64,000 nucleotides of DNA. It comes from Cyanophora paradoxa CCMP329 (taxonomy: Eukaryota > Plantae > Glaucophyta). Both the position numbers and the translations under genes were made by a program. The stretch covers positions 434,001 through 498,000 of the forward strand of contig QPMI01000056.1 of the NCBI GenBank assembly GCA_004431415.1, given 5' to 3'. This document shows, one piece after another, positions 48,370-60,641 of the stretch (its first letter is position 1; every line of letters starts with the position of its first letter). A model generated the notes under the pieces. The model made no database searches and was not told where the DNA came from. It saw nothing but the letters and a program-made list of their open reading frames with translations.

Positions 48370-51300
48370 CTTCACCTGCACAGCACGCCGGTGCCATTAA
48401 GCCCGCGCCGGGGGCGCCGCCCCATCGGCCGATGCGCAGGCCGCGCTGGGTCGCAGGGCGAGCGCAGGCCGCTCGATCTCGCGCCAACGCTCTCGCCTCG
48501 CCTACGGCCTCACGGCGGGGCGCGCCAGATCCCTTCAGGGGGGTACAGAGGTGCGCCCCGAGCCCCTAGAGGGGGACGGCGGGGGGGTAGGGGGGGAGGG
48601 GGCGGGGGGGGGGGGGGGCGAGAGAGGAGAGGCGGGGAGGGGGCGGAGACGGGAGCCTTGCCGTGCTGATGCGTCCCGATTTGCGCTGCAGCTCTCGGGC
48701 CCTGTATCGGCGCGGCGAGCGGCAAGAGGCTTCCCCTGCACAGCACGCCGGTGCGCCTGGGCCCGCGCCGGGGGCGCCGCCCCATCGGCCGATGCGAAGA
48801 CTGCGCTGGGTCGCAGGGCGAGCGCAGGCCGCGCGATCTCGCGCCGACGCTCTCGCCTCGCCTACGGCCTCACGGCGGGCGCGCCAGATCCCTTCAGGGG
48901 GTACAGAGGTGCGCCCCGAGCCCCTAGAGGGGGACGGCGGGCGGGTAGGGGGGAGGGGGCGGGGAGGGGGAGGGGGCGAGAGAGGAGAGGCTGGGGAGGG
49001 GCGGAGACGGGAGCCTTGCCGTGCTGATGCGTCCCGATTTGCGCTGCAGCTCTCGGGCCCTGTATCGGCGCGGCGAGCGGCAAGAGGCTTCCCCTGCACA
49101 GCACGCCGGTGCGCCTGGGCCCGCGCCGGGGCGCCGCCCCATCGGCCGATGCGAAGGCTGCGCTGGGTCGCAGGGCGAGCGCAGGCCGCTCGATCTCGCG
49201 CTGATGCTCTCGCCTCGCCTACGGCCTCACGGCGGGGCGCGCCAGATCCCTTCAGGGGGGTACAGAGGTGCGCCCCGAGCCCCTAGAGGGGACGGCGGGG
49301 GGTGGGGGGGGGGGGGGGGGGCGGGGAGGGGGAGGGGGCGAGAGAGGAGAGGCGGGGAGGGGCGGAGACGGGAGCCTTGCCGTGCTGATGCGTCCCGATT
49401 TGCGCTGCAGCTCTCGGGCCTGTATCGGCGCGGCGAGCGGCAAGAGGCTTCCCCTGCACAGCACGCCGGTGCGCCTGGGCCCGCGCCGGGGGCGCCGCCC
49501 CATCGGCCGATGCGAAGGCTGCGCTGGGTCGCAGGGCGAGCGCAGGCCGCGCGATCTTGCGCCGACGCTCTCGCCTCGCCTACGGCCTCACGGCGGGGCG
49601 CGCCAGATCCCTTCAGGGGGGTACAGAGGTGCGCCCCGAGCCCCTAGAGGGGGACGGCGGGCGGGTAAGGGGGGGAGGGGGCGGGGAGGGGGAAGGGGGG
49701 CGAGAGAGGAGAGGCGGGGGAGGGGGCGGAGACGGGAGCCTTGCCGTGCTGATGCGTCCCGATTTGCGCTGCAGCTCTCGGGCCCTGTATCGGCGCGGCG
49801 AGCGGCAAGAGGCTTCCCCTGCACAGCACGCCGGTGCGCCTGGGCCCGCGCCGGGGGCGCCGCCCATCGGCCGATGCGAAGGCTGCGCTGGGTCGCAGGG
49901 CGAGCGCAGGCCGCTCGATCTCGCGCCGACGCTCTCGCCTCGCCTACGGCCTCACGGCGGGGCGCGCCAGATCCCTTCAGGGGGTACAGAGGTGCGCCCG
50001 AGCCCCTAGAGGGGGACGGCGGGCGGGGAAGGGGGGAGGGGCGGGGAGGGGGAGGGGGCGAGAGAGGAGAGGCGGGGGACGGGGCGGAGACGGGAGCCTT
50101 GCCGTGCTGATGCGTCCCGATTTGCGCTGCAGCTCTCGGGCCCTGTATCGGCGCGGCGAGCGGCAAGAGGCTTCCCCTGCACAGCACGCCGGTGCGCCTG
50201 GGCCCGCGCCGGGGGCGCCGCCCCATCGGCCGATGCGAAGACTGCGCTGGGTCGCAGGGCGAGCGCAGGCCGCGCGATCTCGCGCCGACGCTCTCGCCTC
50301 GCCTACGGCCTCACGGCGGGGCGCGCCAGATCCCTTCAGGGGGTACAGAGGTGCGCCCCGAGCCCCTAGAGGGGACGGCGGGGGGTGTTGGGGGGGGGGG
50401 GAGGGGGAGGGGGGCGAGAGAGGAGAGGCGGGGAGGGGGCGGAGACGGGAGCCTTGCCGTGCTGATGCGTCCCGATTTGCGCTGCAGCTCTCGGGCCCTG
50501 TATCGGCGCGGCGAGCGGCAAGAGGCTTCCCCTGCACAGCACGCCGGTGCGCCTGGGCCCGCGCCGGGGGCGCCGCCCCATCGGCCGATGCGAAGGCTGC
50601 GCTGGGTCGCAGGGCGAGCGCAGGCCGCTCGATCTCGCGCCGACGCTCTCGCCTCGCCTACGGCCTCACGGCGGGGCGCGCCAGATCCCTTCAGGGGGGT
50701 ACAGAGGTGCGCCCCGAGCCCCTAGAGGGGGACGGCGGGCGGGGAAGGGGGGAGGGGGCGGGGAGGGGGGAGGGGGGCGAGAGAGGAGAGGCGGGGGAGG
50801 GGGCGGAGACGGGAGCCTTGCCGTGCTGATGCGTCCCGATTTGCGCTGCAGCTCTCGGGCCCTGTATCGGCGCGGCGAGCGGCAAGAGGCTTCCCCTGCA
50901 CAGCACGCCGGTGCGCCTGGGCCCGCGCCGGGGCGCCGCCCCATCGGCCGATGCGAAGACTGCGCTGGGTCGCAGGGCGAGCGCAGGCCGCGCGATCTCG
51001 CGCCGACGCTCTCGCCTCGCCTACGGCCTCACGGCGGGGCGCGCCAGATCCCTTCAGGGGGTACAGAGGTGCGCCCGAGCCCCTAGAGGGGGACGGCGGG
51101 GGGTGGGAGGGGGGGGGGGAGGGGGAGGGGGCGAGAGAGGAGAGGCGGGGAGGGGGCGGAGACGGGAGCCTTGCCGTGCTGATGCGTCCCGATTTGCGCT
51201 GCAGCTCTCGGGCCTTGTATCGGCGCGGCGAGCGGCAAGAGGCTTCCCCTGCACAGCACGCCGGTGCGCCTGGGCCCGCGCCGGGGCGCCGCCCATCGGC

Positions 51301-52486
51301 CGATGCGAAGGCTGCGCTGGGTCGCAGGGCGAGCGCAGGCCGCGCGATCTCGCGCCGACGCTCTCGCCTCGCCTACGGCCTCACGGCGGGGCGCGCCAGA
51401 TCCCTTCAGGGGGTACAGAGGTGCGCCCCGAGCCCTAGAGGGGACGGCGGGCGGGAAGGGGGGGGGGCGGGGAGGGGGAGGGGGCGAGAGAGGAGAGGCG
51501 GGGGAGGGGGCGGAGACGGGAGCCTTGCCGTGCTGATGCGTCCCGATTTGCGCTGCAGCTCTCGGGCCCTGTATCGGCGCGGCGAGCGGCAAGAGGCTTC
51601 CCCTGCACAGCACGCGGTGCGCCTGGGCCCGCGCCGGGGGCGCCGCCCCATCGGCCGATGCGAAGACTGCGCTGGGTCGCAGGGCGAGCGCAGGCCGCGC
51701 GATCTCGCGCCGACGCTCTCGCCTCGCCTACGGCCTCACGGCGGGGCGCGCCAGATCCCTTCAGGGGGTACAGAGGTGCGCCCCGAGCCCCTAGAGGGGA
51801 CGGCGGGGGGGGGGGGGGGGGGGGGGGCGGGAGGGGAGGGGGCGAGAGAGGAGAGGCGGGGGAGGGGGCGGAGACGGGAGCCTTGCCGTGCTGATGCGTC
51901 CCGATTTGTGCTGCAGCTCTCGGGCCCTGTATCGGCGTGGCGAGTGGCAAGAGGCTTCCCCTGCACAGCACGCCGGTGCGCCTGGGCCCGCGCCGGGGGC
52001 GCCGCCCCATCGGCCGATGCGAAGGCTGCGCTGGGTCGCAGGGCGAGCGCAGGCCGCTCGATCTCGCACCGACGCTCTCGCCTCGCCTACGGCCTCACGG
52101 CGGGGCGCGCCAGATCCCTTCAGGGGTTACAGAGGTGCGCCCCGAGCCCTAGAGGGGACGGCGGGCGGGTAGGAGGAGGGGCGGGGAGGGGAGGGGCGAG
52201 AGAGGAGAGGCGGGGAGGGGGCGGAGACGGGAGCCTTGCCGTGCTGATGCGTCCCTATTTGCGCTGCAGCTCTCGGGCCCTGTATCGGCGCGGCGAGCGG
52301 CAAGAGGCTTCCCCTGCACAGCACGCCGGTGCGCCTGGGCCCGCGCCGGGGCGCCGCCCCATCGGCCGATGCGAAGGCTGCGCTGGGTCGCAGGGCGAGC
52401 GCAGGCCGCTCGATCTCGCGCTGACGCTCTCGCCTCGCCTACGCCTCACGGCGGGGCGCGCCAGACCCTTCAGGGGGTACAGAGGG
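48370..52486 (+). repeat. Tandem satellite, ~358-bp unit, 11 full copies plus a partial, with a G-rich tract in each unit
   Basis: Unit starts at 48370, 48730, 49088, 49448, 49813, 50171, 50526, 50890, 51243, 51597, 51955, 52308. Confidence 0.97.
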
Positions 52487-54205
52487 GTTAGCCGGGGGCA
52501 AGCTGCCCCCGCGCCCCTCGAACCGCGTACCCCCGGTACGCGGCCCGGGCCCGACCCCCACCCACTGACGCCCTGCGAGGGCACTACCAGGCACGTCGGC
52601 GGTAGATGATCTAGATCTAAATTAAAGACATCGCGGTCCTTACTGATGTATTCGCTGGGTCCCACCTCGCTGCCCCGGCCCCGCCGCGCGCCCCTAGGCC
52701 TCGAACCTCGAACCACGAGCAGAAAGGGCGATCGGGCCTCATTATCCAGAGCTGCGGACCTGAAGCGCTTTAAAACGCATATAGGTTTCTGTTTCAAAGC
52801 GTTTGCACGTGTACCGTATACGTATGCGAATGATGCCTATGACTAGAACTGTCCTTTTTTTCCCCGTGATGCGTCGTATATTCAGGAACACCGCAGTACA
52901 GACTCCTACCTACTCCTTAGGTGGCCAAATATACGTATACTAGCCTGCCCAGGGCTCCTGCCGTCACTGGCCCCGACTCCCAGGGCTTCAGACCCAGCAG
53001 ACAGAGAGGTGGAAGGGCGCTGAGAGCACCCGCGCAGTGATCATGAGTAGCCGACGGAGGACGCCCCCACAGGTGATAATCTACGATGAGATTGGGCGAG
53101 GCCAAGGTTTCGAATTCGTCGGGTGGGCAGCCGGGTTCGGCATACGGAAGGAGTGAGAGGGTGGCGCATTGGGGGTGGACGCATGGGGACGGAGCTCGAG
53201 ACACCATGGGCGCCGGCAAAGGGCTGGAGGCCTAGGGGCGGGCGCGGGGCTGGGGCAACTAGGCGAGCGAGAGAGGGTGAAGGGGGCCTGGTTCGGCATT
53301 CGCTGACGTCGACGCTGATGGTGGGGAGGCGGGGTTCAGGATCGATATCTGGCCATGGGGCTGCGATGGAGGGCGAGGTACGGTGGCCCGGCGACGGCGT
53401 GAGGGCGGAGTTGGGCGGGAGGTGGCGAGCTGGAGGGGCAATTAATTGCAAGGGAGTTCTCGGGCGGGGCAGCGGCTAAGGGCGCAGGCTGGGTTCGGGA
53501 ACGCGTGCGCACGGTTTAGGCATGCGCAAATGGCCCTTAAGCTTCTTGTAGTCGACGCAGATCTAGAGGAGCTATCGTTGCCTGCTGTGTGTCGGTGCTA
53601 TCGAGCTGCAGCTTAACCTGCAGCACACGTGCAGCGTCGATATCTTGAACGCTAGTGCTGCAGTCCGGCCGCGGATCCGGATCCTCTGGTCAGAATATTA
53701 ATGTCGTACCAAAACATGCTAGCACAACGTTATGTAGCCTTTTCAACGACTGTTAATGATATGTCTAGATAGTATAGCTGTTGTTCGTCCAGGAGCCTGC
53801 ATGTGCAAGATGTTGTCTTGCATCGCACCTGTGCAGCTGCTGAGCCTTCCTTCAACTTTGAATTTCTGTTGACGAGGTGTAGTTCTATGACAGCTAAATA
53901 TATCGTTTGAACGCCCTTTAAAAGAGCTTTCAGAATATGTAAAGATGTCGGGGTTCAAAATTGCTCTTTTTCGAAGAAGAGCCAACGAGATGTTCCGATG
54001 CGACAAAATCCTCAACATGTCGAATCACTCAGTGATCATGACCAGCTGACTCATCAAACCCGAGCCATGGCGACCAGTCTAGAAAAGCATAAAAGATGAA
54101 TATAAAGCTTAAAAGAAGCCTGATATCATAGTATATCACTCATTGATTGAAATTCACGTGCGCCTGGGACATGGGGGTGCATGATCATGATGAAGAGGCG
54201 AGAAG

Positions 54206-54680
54206 AGCTCTTCAAAGATGGGCGTCGGGGCCTGGAAGCTGCGGAGACTGGCGAGCCGCTGTCCAAACACCATGGGGCCTCTACGGACGCAATTGCTAGG
54301 GGGCCGGGTGCTTTGCATATTGCTCGAGGGGTACGATGGCGCCTGAGAGACGGGGAGCATGGAGGGCGGGAGGGGCTCTTTGGAGATGGGCGTCGGGGCC
54401 TGGACGCTGCGGAGACTGGCGGGCCGCTGTCCAAACACCATGGGGCCTCTACGGACGCAATTGCTAGGGGGCCGGGTGCTTTGCATATTGCTCGAGGGGT
54501 ACGATGGCGCCTGAGAGACGGGGGAGCATGGAGGGGCGGGAGGGGCTCTTTGGAGATGGGCGTCGGGGCCTGGACGCTGCGGAGACTGGCGAGCCGCTGT
54601 GCAGACGGCACAGGGTCTCTACGGACGCAATTGCTAGGGGGCCGGGTGCTTAGCATATTGCTCGAGGGGTACGATGGCGC
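54206..54680 (+). repeat. Tandem repeat, 168-170-bp unit, ~2.8 copies
   Basis: gatgggcgtcggggcctgga at 54217, 54385, 54555. Confidence 0.93.
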
Positions 54681-54793
54681 TTGACACTGGGAGATCATGT
54701 GCTGGTACGCCGACTGAGTAATAGTGCTTCGCCGACCTTTAGTACACCGACGAGGTCGGTGTTTTCCCACGGGCGATTACTCCGAGCATGTCA

Positions 54794-54862
54794 GTGTAAT
54801 AGGGGTCGGTGTAATAGGGGTCGGTGTAATAGGGGTCGGTGTAATAGAGGTCGGTGTAATAG
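54794..54862 (+). repeat. 15-bp minisatellite GTGTAATAGGGGTCG, ~4.5 copies
   Basis: Seen directly. Confidence 0.95.
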
Positions 54863-55192
54863 CGAATGTTGCAAACTGGCCCGCTCGTTCTTTTCATTCC
54901 AGCAGCGTGTCGCTATTATAGAGCTTTGTTTTAATGTTTAAATTCAATCACACATATAGCTGAATAAGTTTGGCTAGAATAAGCTGTCACACAGAATACC
55001 TCCTGCGTAGATCTAGCTAAAGTGCATATATATATCTGGGAGAGGGTAACGCAGGTCCGAAGAAGAGACGAATGTGTCCCGCAGCTCGAACCTTGAGCTG
55101 GTTGGCACTGGCTGGAACTGCGGACTTTGTTGAACGGATTGGCGCACTCTCCAGAAGTTGACGGATTGGTGCAATCATTCTGCGAAGGAGAA

Positions 55193-56177
55193 GCTGCGCA
55201 TTTAATCGAATTTCCAGCTTGATATTGATTAGTAGATACGGATAAACGCACCCGGCGGGCCAGGGTCGCCCTCTAAGGCATCCCGAACGAGCCTCGCGCC
55301 CTCGCCCCCCTCAGTGACTTGGACGGAGGGCCCTCGGCGACCTGCAGCGGGCTGCACATTTAATCGAATTTCCAGCTTGATATTGATTAGCAGATACGGA
55401 TAAACGCACCCGGCGGGCCAGGGTCGCCCTCTAAGGCATCCCGAACGAGCCTCGCGCCCTCGCCCCCCTCAGTGACTTGGACGGAGGGCCCTCGGCGACC
55501 TGCAGCGGGCTGCACATTTAATCGAATTTCCAGCTTGATATTGATTAGCAGATACGGATAAACGCACCCGGCGGGCCAGGGTCGCCCTCTAAGGCATCCC
55601 GAACGAGCCTCGCGCCCTCGCCCCCCTCAGTGACTTGGACGGAGGGCCCTCGGCGACCTGCAGCGGGCTGCACATTTAATCGAATTTCCAGCTTGATATT
55701 GATTAGTAGGTACGGATAAACGCACCCGGCGGGCCAGGGTCGCCCTCTAAGGCATCCCGAACGAGCCTCGTGCCCTCACCCCCCTCAGTGACTTGGACGG
55801 AGGGCCCTCGGCGACCTGCAGCGGGCTGCACATTTAATCGAATTTCCAGCTTGATATTGATTAGTAGATACGGATGAACGCACCCGGCGGGCCAGGGTCG
55901 CCCTCGAAGGCATCCCGAACGAGCCTCGCGCCCTCCCCCCCCTCAGTGACTTGGACGGAGGGCCCTCGGCGACCTGCAGCGGGCTGCACATTTAATCGAC
56001 TTTTCAGCTTGATATTGATTAGTAGATACGGATAAACGCACCCGGCGGGCCAGGGTCGCCCTCGAAGGCATCCCGAACGAGCCTCGCGCCCTCGCCCCCC
56101 TCAGTGACTTGGATGGATCCGAAGGGCCCTCGGCGACCTGCAGCGGGCTGCGCATTTAAACGACTTTTCAGCTTGAT
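55193..56177 (+). repeat. Tandem satellite, 158-bp unit, 6 copies plus a partial
   Basis: tttaatcga at 55201, 55359, 55517, 55675, 55833, 55991; variant at 56155. Confidence 0.97.
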
Positions 56178-56486
56178 AGTGATTCGGGCGAGATTGGGCA
56201 AGCTGTCGCGTGCGATATTAGTGTGTCTAATCGGGCGCGCGGGAAGCCCGTGCGGAGTGCAAGCTCGGCAGGGCGGGGAATGGCGAGTGTCACTGCTGTC
56301 GTCGCTAAGATCCAACTCACTGGGTGTACCCGTCCAGATACGGCGTACCCCGACACAAATACAAGTGACCGCGGCGCTCTAACTAGCCTAGGCGCCGTCG
56401 GTCCAGCAGCTCGAAGGCTGACGTGATCTAGAGCCCTAGCGGCTCACATGTAAATGAGCATCCGCTATAATGTCGGATGCGACACA

Positions 56487-57053
56487 AGCCACACCTGGCG
56501 GAGAGTGCCTCACGCAGGCCGGACTCCGGAGGACCTGCACGCTTACAATCAATCCGAGAGATTTGAATCGGGCGAGGGCCTGGCGCCCCCACGACGCGCT
56601 CTCGTGCTTGAGTGTACATGTGTTTGGGGAATATTAATACTCGGTCAAGATCGGGCGAGCCGCACCTGGCATTGCCAAGTTGAGGACCTCAGGCGGGGGA
56701 CCTGCAAGTTCACAATCAATCCCGAGAGAATAATCGAGCGAGGGCCTGGCTCCCCCACGACGCGCTTTCGCGCTCGATTTAGTTTGAGAACACAATTCAA
56801 TAATTGGGTGAGATCGGGCGAGCCACACCGGGCGGAGAGTGCCTCACGCAGGCCGGACTCCGGAGGACCTGCACGCTTACAATCAATCCGAGAGATTTGA
56901 ATCGGGCGAGGGCCTGGCGCCCCCACGACGCGCCCTCGTGCTTGAGTGTACATGTGTTTGGGGAATATTAATACTCGGTCAAGATCGGGCGAGCCGCACC
57001 TGGCATTGCCAAGTTGAGGACCTCAGGCGGGGGACCTGCAAGTTCACAATCAA
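56487..57053 (+). repeat. 334-bp repeat (~1.7 copies) built from two diverged monomers of ~171 and ~163 bp
   Basis: agccacacc at 56487 and 56821; related agccgcacc at 56658. Both monomers share aatcaatcc-gagaga and gcgagggcctggc-cccccacgacgcgc. Confidence 0.9.
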
Positions 57054-60000
57054 TTTCGAGTGCTCTTTTCCCCCCCCCTCTCGCTTGAAGAACAAGAAAG
57101 CGATTCATTTCTCCCAGGTCGATCTTCCTGGCATGCTCCCCGGGTACGGGTGGTAGCGCCAAGCCGGCCAGCCGGCACCGGCCCGGCCCGGGCTTCTGGG
57201 GCCCGGCTTGGCTTGCGGCCAGGCTTGGCCGGCCAGACCGGACCGGCCGGGCCGCGGCCGCGGCCGTGGGCCCGGGCCGGGCCCGGCCGGGCCCGGGGCC
57301 CGGGCCCCGGGGCCCGGGGGCCGGGGCGCCGCCGCGCCGGCCGGGCGCCCGGCCTGCGCTGCTGCGCATGCGCATGCGCATGACTGCATGGGCCCGGGGC
57401 GCCGCGCGGGCGGGCCGGCGCCGGCGCCGCCGGGACGTGGACGAAGCACCGAACCGGTTTTTGACGGTCGGCGGTTTCCCGACTCCAGCCTTAATTTCTA
57501 ATTCTAAATTATCGCCCGGTACCTACGTTCGCACTGCTTCTGCCTGAAGGCTCTTTCCTTCCCAGATCCGATGTACCCCGAATCCCACGCAACTGCATTT
57601 TTCCAGCTAAGTATGCGAACCCGACCCAGTCGCTCAGCCCCCCTGACTGTGACTGAATCAGTCAACCCGAGGTTCGCTACGAGTTATGGGCCTTAGGCGC
57701 AGTTTCCGCCATACAAACTTTTTCCGAGTCAAGTCTATTGACCAAACTCGGCCGAGTTTTTAGACTGGGAACACCTTCCAAGTCAAATTAGTACCGGAAT
57801 TATCAGATTTGTTGCATTGGCTAAAAGATTTGGCAATGTTTGTGATATATAGCTAGCACGTAATAGTATACTTTAACTCAGCGTTTTTTGCTTTTCAGCA
57901 TGGAAATGTATATCCATTCGCAAATCCCATTGGCGTGAGTCAAGTCTCCCAGGCCAGGATCTTGCCAAATCTCTGCCAAATCTCTGCCACTCCCCGAGTT
58001 CGCCCCACAGGGCCAGGAAACTTTGCTCCTAGCGCCCAACTCGTAACGGTTCAGTCAGGCTACCGTGCAAAAACTGAGGAAAATGACCCGGAAATGACCC
58101 AGATGCGATCCATCGATATCTAAGTTGCCAAGCACAGTGCGCGGGCAGTAGGGACTCTAGGGAGTGATTAGGCGAGCAAAGCTTAAGAACACTTGTGAAA
58201 GGAATTCGGCCCCCGTTAGCCTCGTTGGCGCGGGCGGTTTTGTTCAGATTTCGTTGTTTTTCTGGAGGTAAGACGACAGAAGATCCTTTTTAGGTCGATC
58301 CACGTCGAGCTTCAGATGGAAAAAGCCCACAGGGGGGCACGCTCCCAGCAGGGTTTTGTATGGGACTGAGAGAACCTCAGTCGGCCAATTTGTTGACTCA
58401 GTCGGGTCAGTCAGACCCTCTGACTTTGACTGACAGTGACTGAACCCAGCCCTACTAGACCGGCCCAGGCTGGGAATTTGAAACTCGGTACCGGTCACCG
58501 GAGGCTGCCACTGGCACAGCACGCCGGCCCGAGTCAGCTCCTGCCGGTGGCTGCATATATTTAACAAATATATGCAGTTAACCGTATATAACCAAATATA
58601 TAATTCTTTTAATCAAGACTTGCGTGACCTCACGGTCTTTGTCATTGGCCAGGCGCACGTGTGCCTCACGTGTGTCGCCTATCAGCACTACCCCCCGCCT
58701 ACGTTCGCCCAAACTTTCCGCCCGGCTAGCTCGCTCCGCTCGCTCCAGCGCTCGGCCTGCGCGCGCTCCGCGTGCTCGGGAAGCATGTTCGACGCTCTCG
58801 CTCGCTTGCCGCCGCCCGCCGCAGACAAACGCTCCTCGAAGGCGATCCTGCGGCGCGCGTCTTCCGTCAACGCTCTTCCCGTGCTTTAGATGCGTGTACC
58901 AAGCTCTAGACGGGCCGGGGCGCCAGGCCTGCCGCTGGATCGGTCCCGGTCGTTCGAATCGCGGTTTCCGCCCATCCGGCGCGGTTTCGCCGCCCCGGTG
59001 CCGCTCGTGCTCCTGGGTGCGATTCTCCATCCTTGTGCATGCATTAGAACACCGCTGCATGCCCAGAAAGAGTGCCGCCCACGCGAAAGAAAGGTCGAGG
59101 TGCCTTGGACACGGGCCACACGGGCGGGCGCTACATACAAGGGGGGGCTGGGCGAGCGGTGCCAGAAGCTAGTAAACATGCCTACGAACGCCTCGGAATG
59201 GCGCTGCGTGCGATTCCGGCCCGGGGCCGCCGCCGAGGTGAAGGACCGCGCCTGGGTGGTGGTGGTGGTCCATCAGGCGGCGGCGAAATGGTCGCAGAAG
59301 AGAACGGAAAGGAAGTATAGCACCTGTACATCAAGAAACGACGATGCGCAGCCGGCGAGCGAGCCCCCCGTCGTCAGGCGGCCGAGGAGCAGGGAAGTAC
59401 TGCAGGCGCGGTTAGCAACAGCAACAGATTCACACGAGCGATTTGCCTACCATGCAAGGGAGAGCTTCAAAACCTTGATGCGCATAGGGAAGAACGCTTG
59501 CTGTGCATGGGAATTGCACACTTGCGGCGGGTCAGGAACTGTTCAAAAACCTCGGTCAATGGCACAAGTCGCCCCAGGGCGGGTAGCGCGGGCGCTCCAA
59601 GGCGCACCCGCATGATCGCATATACTTTCTTATGTCAGCGCACCATGTCCCGAGGCCGCAGTGAGGCGCTCCTCGCATCGGATGTTGCTGCTCTGTCTCG
59701 CGCGGGTCAACTACGGAATCGCGGGCATGGCGAATGTGGTTTCTGATATCGATAGCGTACCTGTAACCGAGCTGGGCTCGTCCGGCGCAAATCGCTCGTG
59801 TAGCCGTGGTAACTGCCGACTAACTGCCGTAACCGCCCAGGTCTAGGGGACGCTCGGCCCGCCAAGGCATCCTTCTGGGTGCGCTAACAGTGATGCTGGT
59901 GCGCTTCGCCGCTCAGGCTGCTCAGGCCGCTCGCTGCCACGCACAAGGTCGCCGGGGTACGAGCGCGAACGAGAACTCGCCGTACCCACAAAGTTGAGTT

Positions 60001-60641
60001 GGAATTTGCATACTACGGCGAGTCGAGTCAAAAAGTCCGAGTCAAAAACTCGAGCGATTTGCCTGATTGGTCAAAAAGGACTCGGAATTACTCAATCCAC
60101 CGGCGCAGGTCCTGTTGGACCGGCGTGCTGTGTGGTAAGTTTTGAACATATTAGGGACAGTCCGAAGTACGGCTGGTGCGAGTCTAAAGGGAAAGAAAAA
60201 AGCAAAATTCTGCCAGCAATTTGGCTGACCAGTGCTGTAATTCAGTCATAAAAAAATGCACTTTGCCAGCCCGCATAGTACCGGGCCTCCATGTACCCGT
60301 GCATGGTCCGAACACAGCCAAAACATCGCTGGGGTACGTCAAAACATTTGAGTTGAAATCGCTTACTACGGCGAGTCGAGTCCAAACGCCCAGCCTAAAA
60401 CTCGGGTGACTTGGTGATTGGTTATTTAAACCTATAGCTAGGCCACGAATACCTGCGCTCGCAATTCCGATTGGCCAGCTAGCAGGGGGGGGGGGTGCGG
60501 GGGGGGCGGAGCCCCCCCTGCTTGTGCAAAGGATGCCGGCCAGGCGGCGCGGCAATAACCCCATCGCTAGCGCTAGCGCTGGTGCACCGGCACCGTACAC
60601 GTAGCTATACTACCCCGAGCCGCCCTCGTATCATACCCCCC

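Larger units (their letters stand above)
47014..57597. mobile_element. ~10.6-kb element bounded by long inverted repeats, no recognisable transposase, filled with satellites
   Basis: 47014-~47604 is the reverse complement of ~57060-57597. Both ends carry TGCA (47014-47017, 57594-57597). Confidence 0.7.

Noticed and set aside
50951-52609. 552-aa ORF and other repeat-encoded ORFs
   Set aside because: Frames switch with variable G-run lengths between units, so there is no coding constraint.
54181-54684. ORF with a 56-aa repeat
   Set aside because: Explained by the 168-bp DNA repeat; the frame shifts in the third unit.
54794-54862. 15-bp repeat as an interstitial telomere
   Set aside because: It contains TAGGGG but the unit matches no telomere repeat I can support.
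48370-57053. CRISPR array, or tandem 5S/tRNA/snRNA genes
   Set aside because: Units repeat end to end with no unique spacers, no cas genes are present, and I recognise no 5S, tRNA or snRNA signature.
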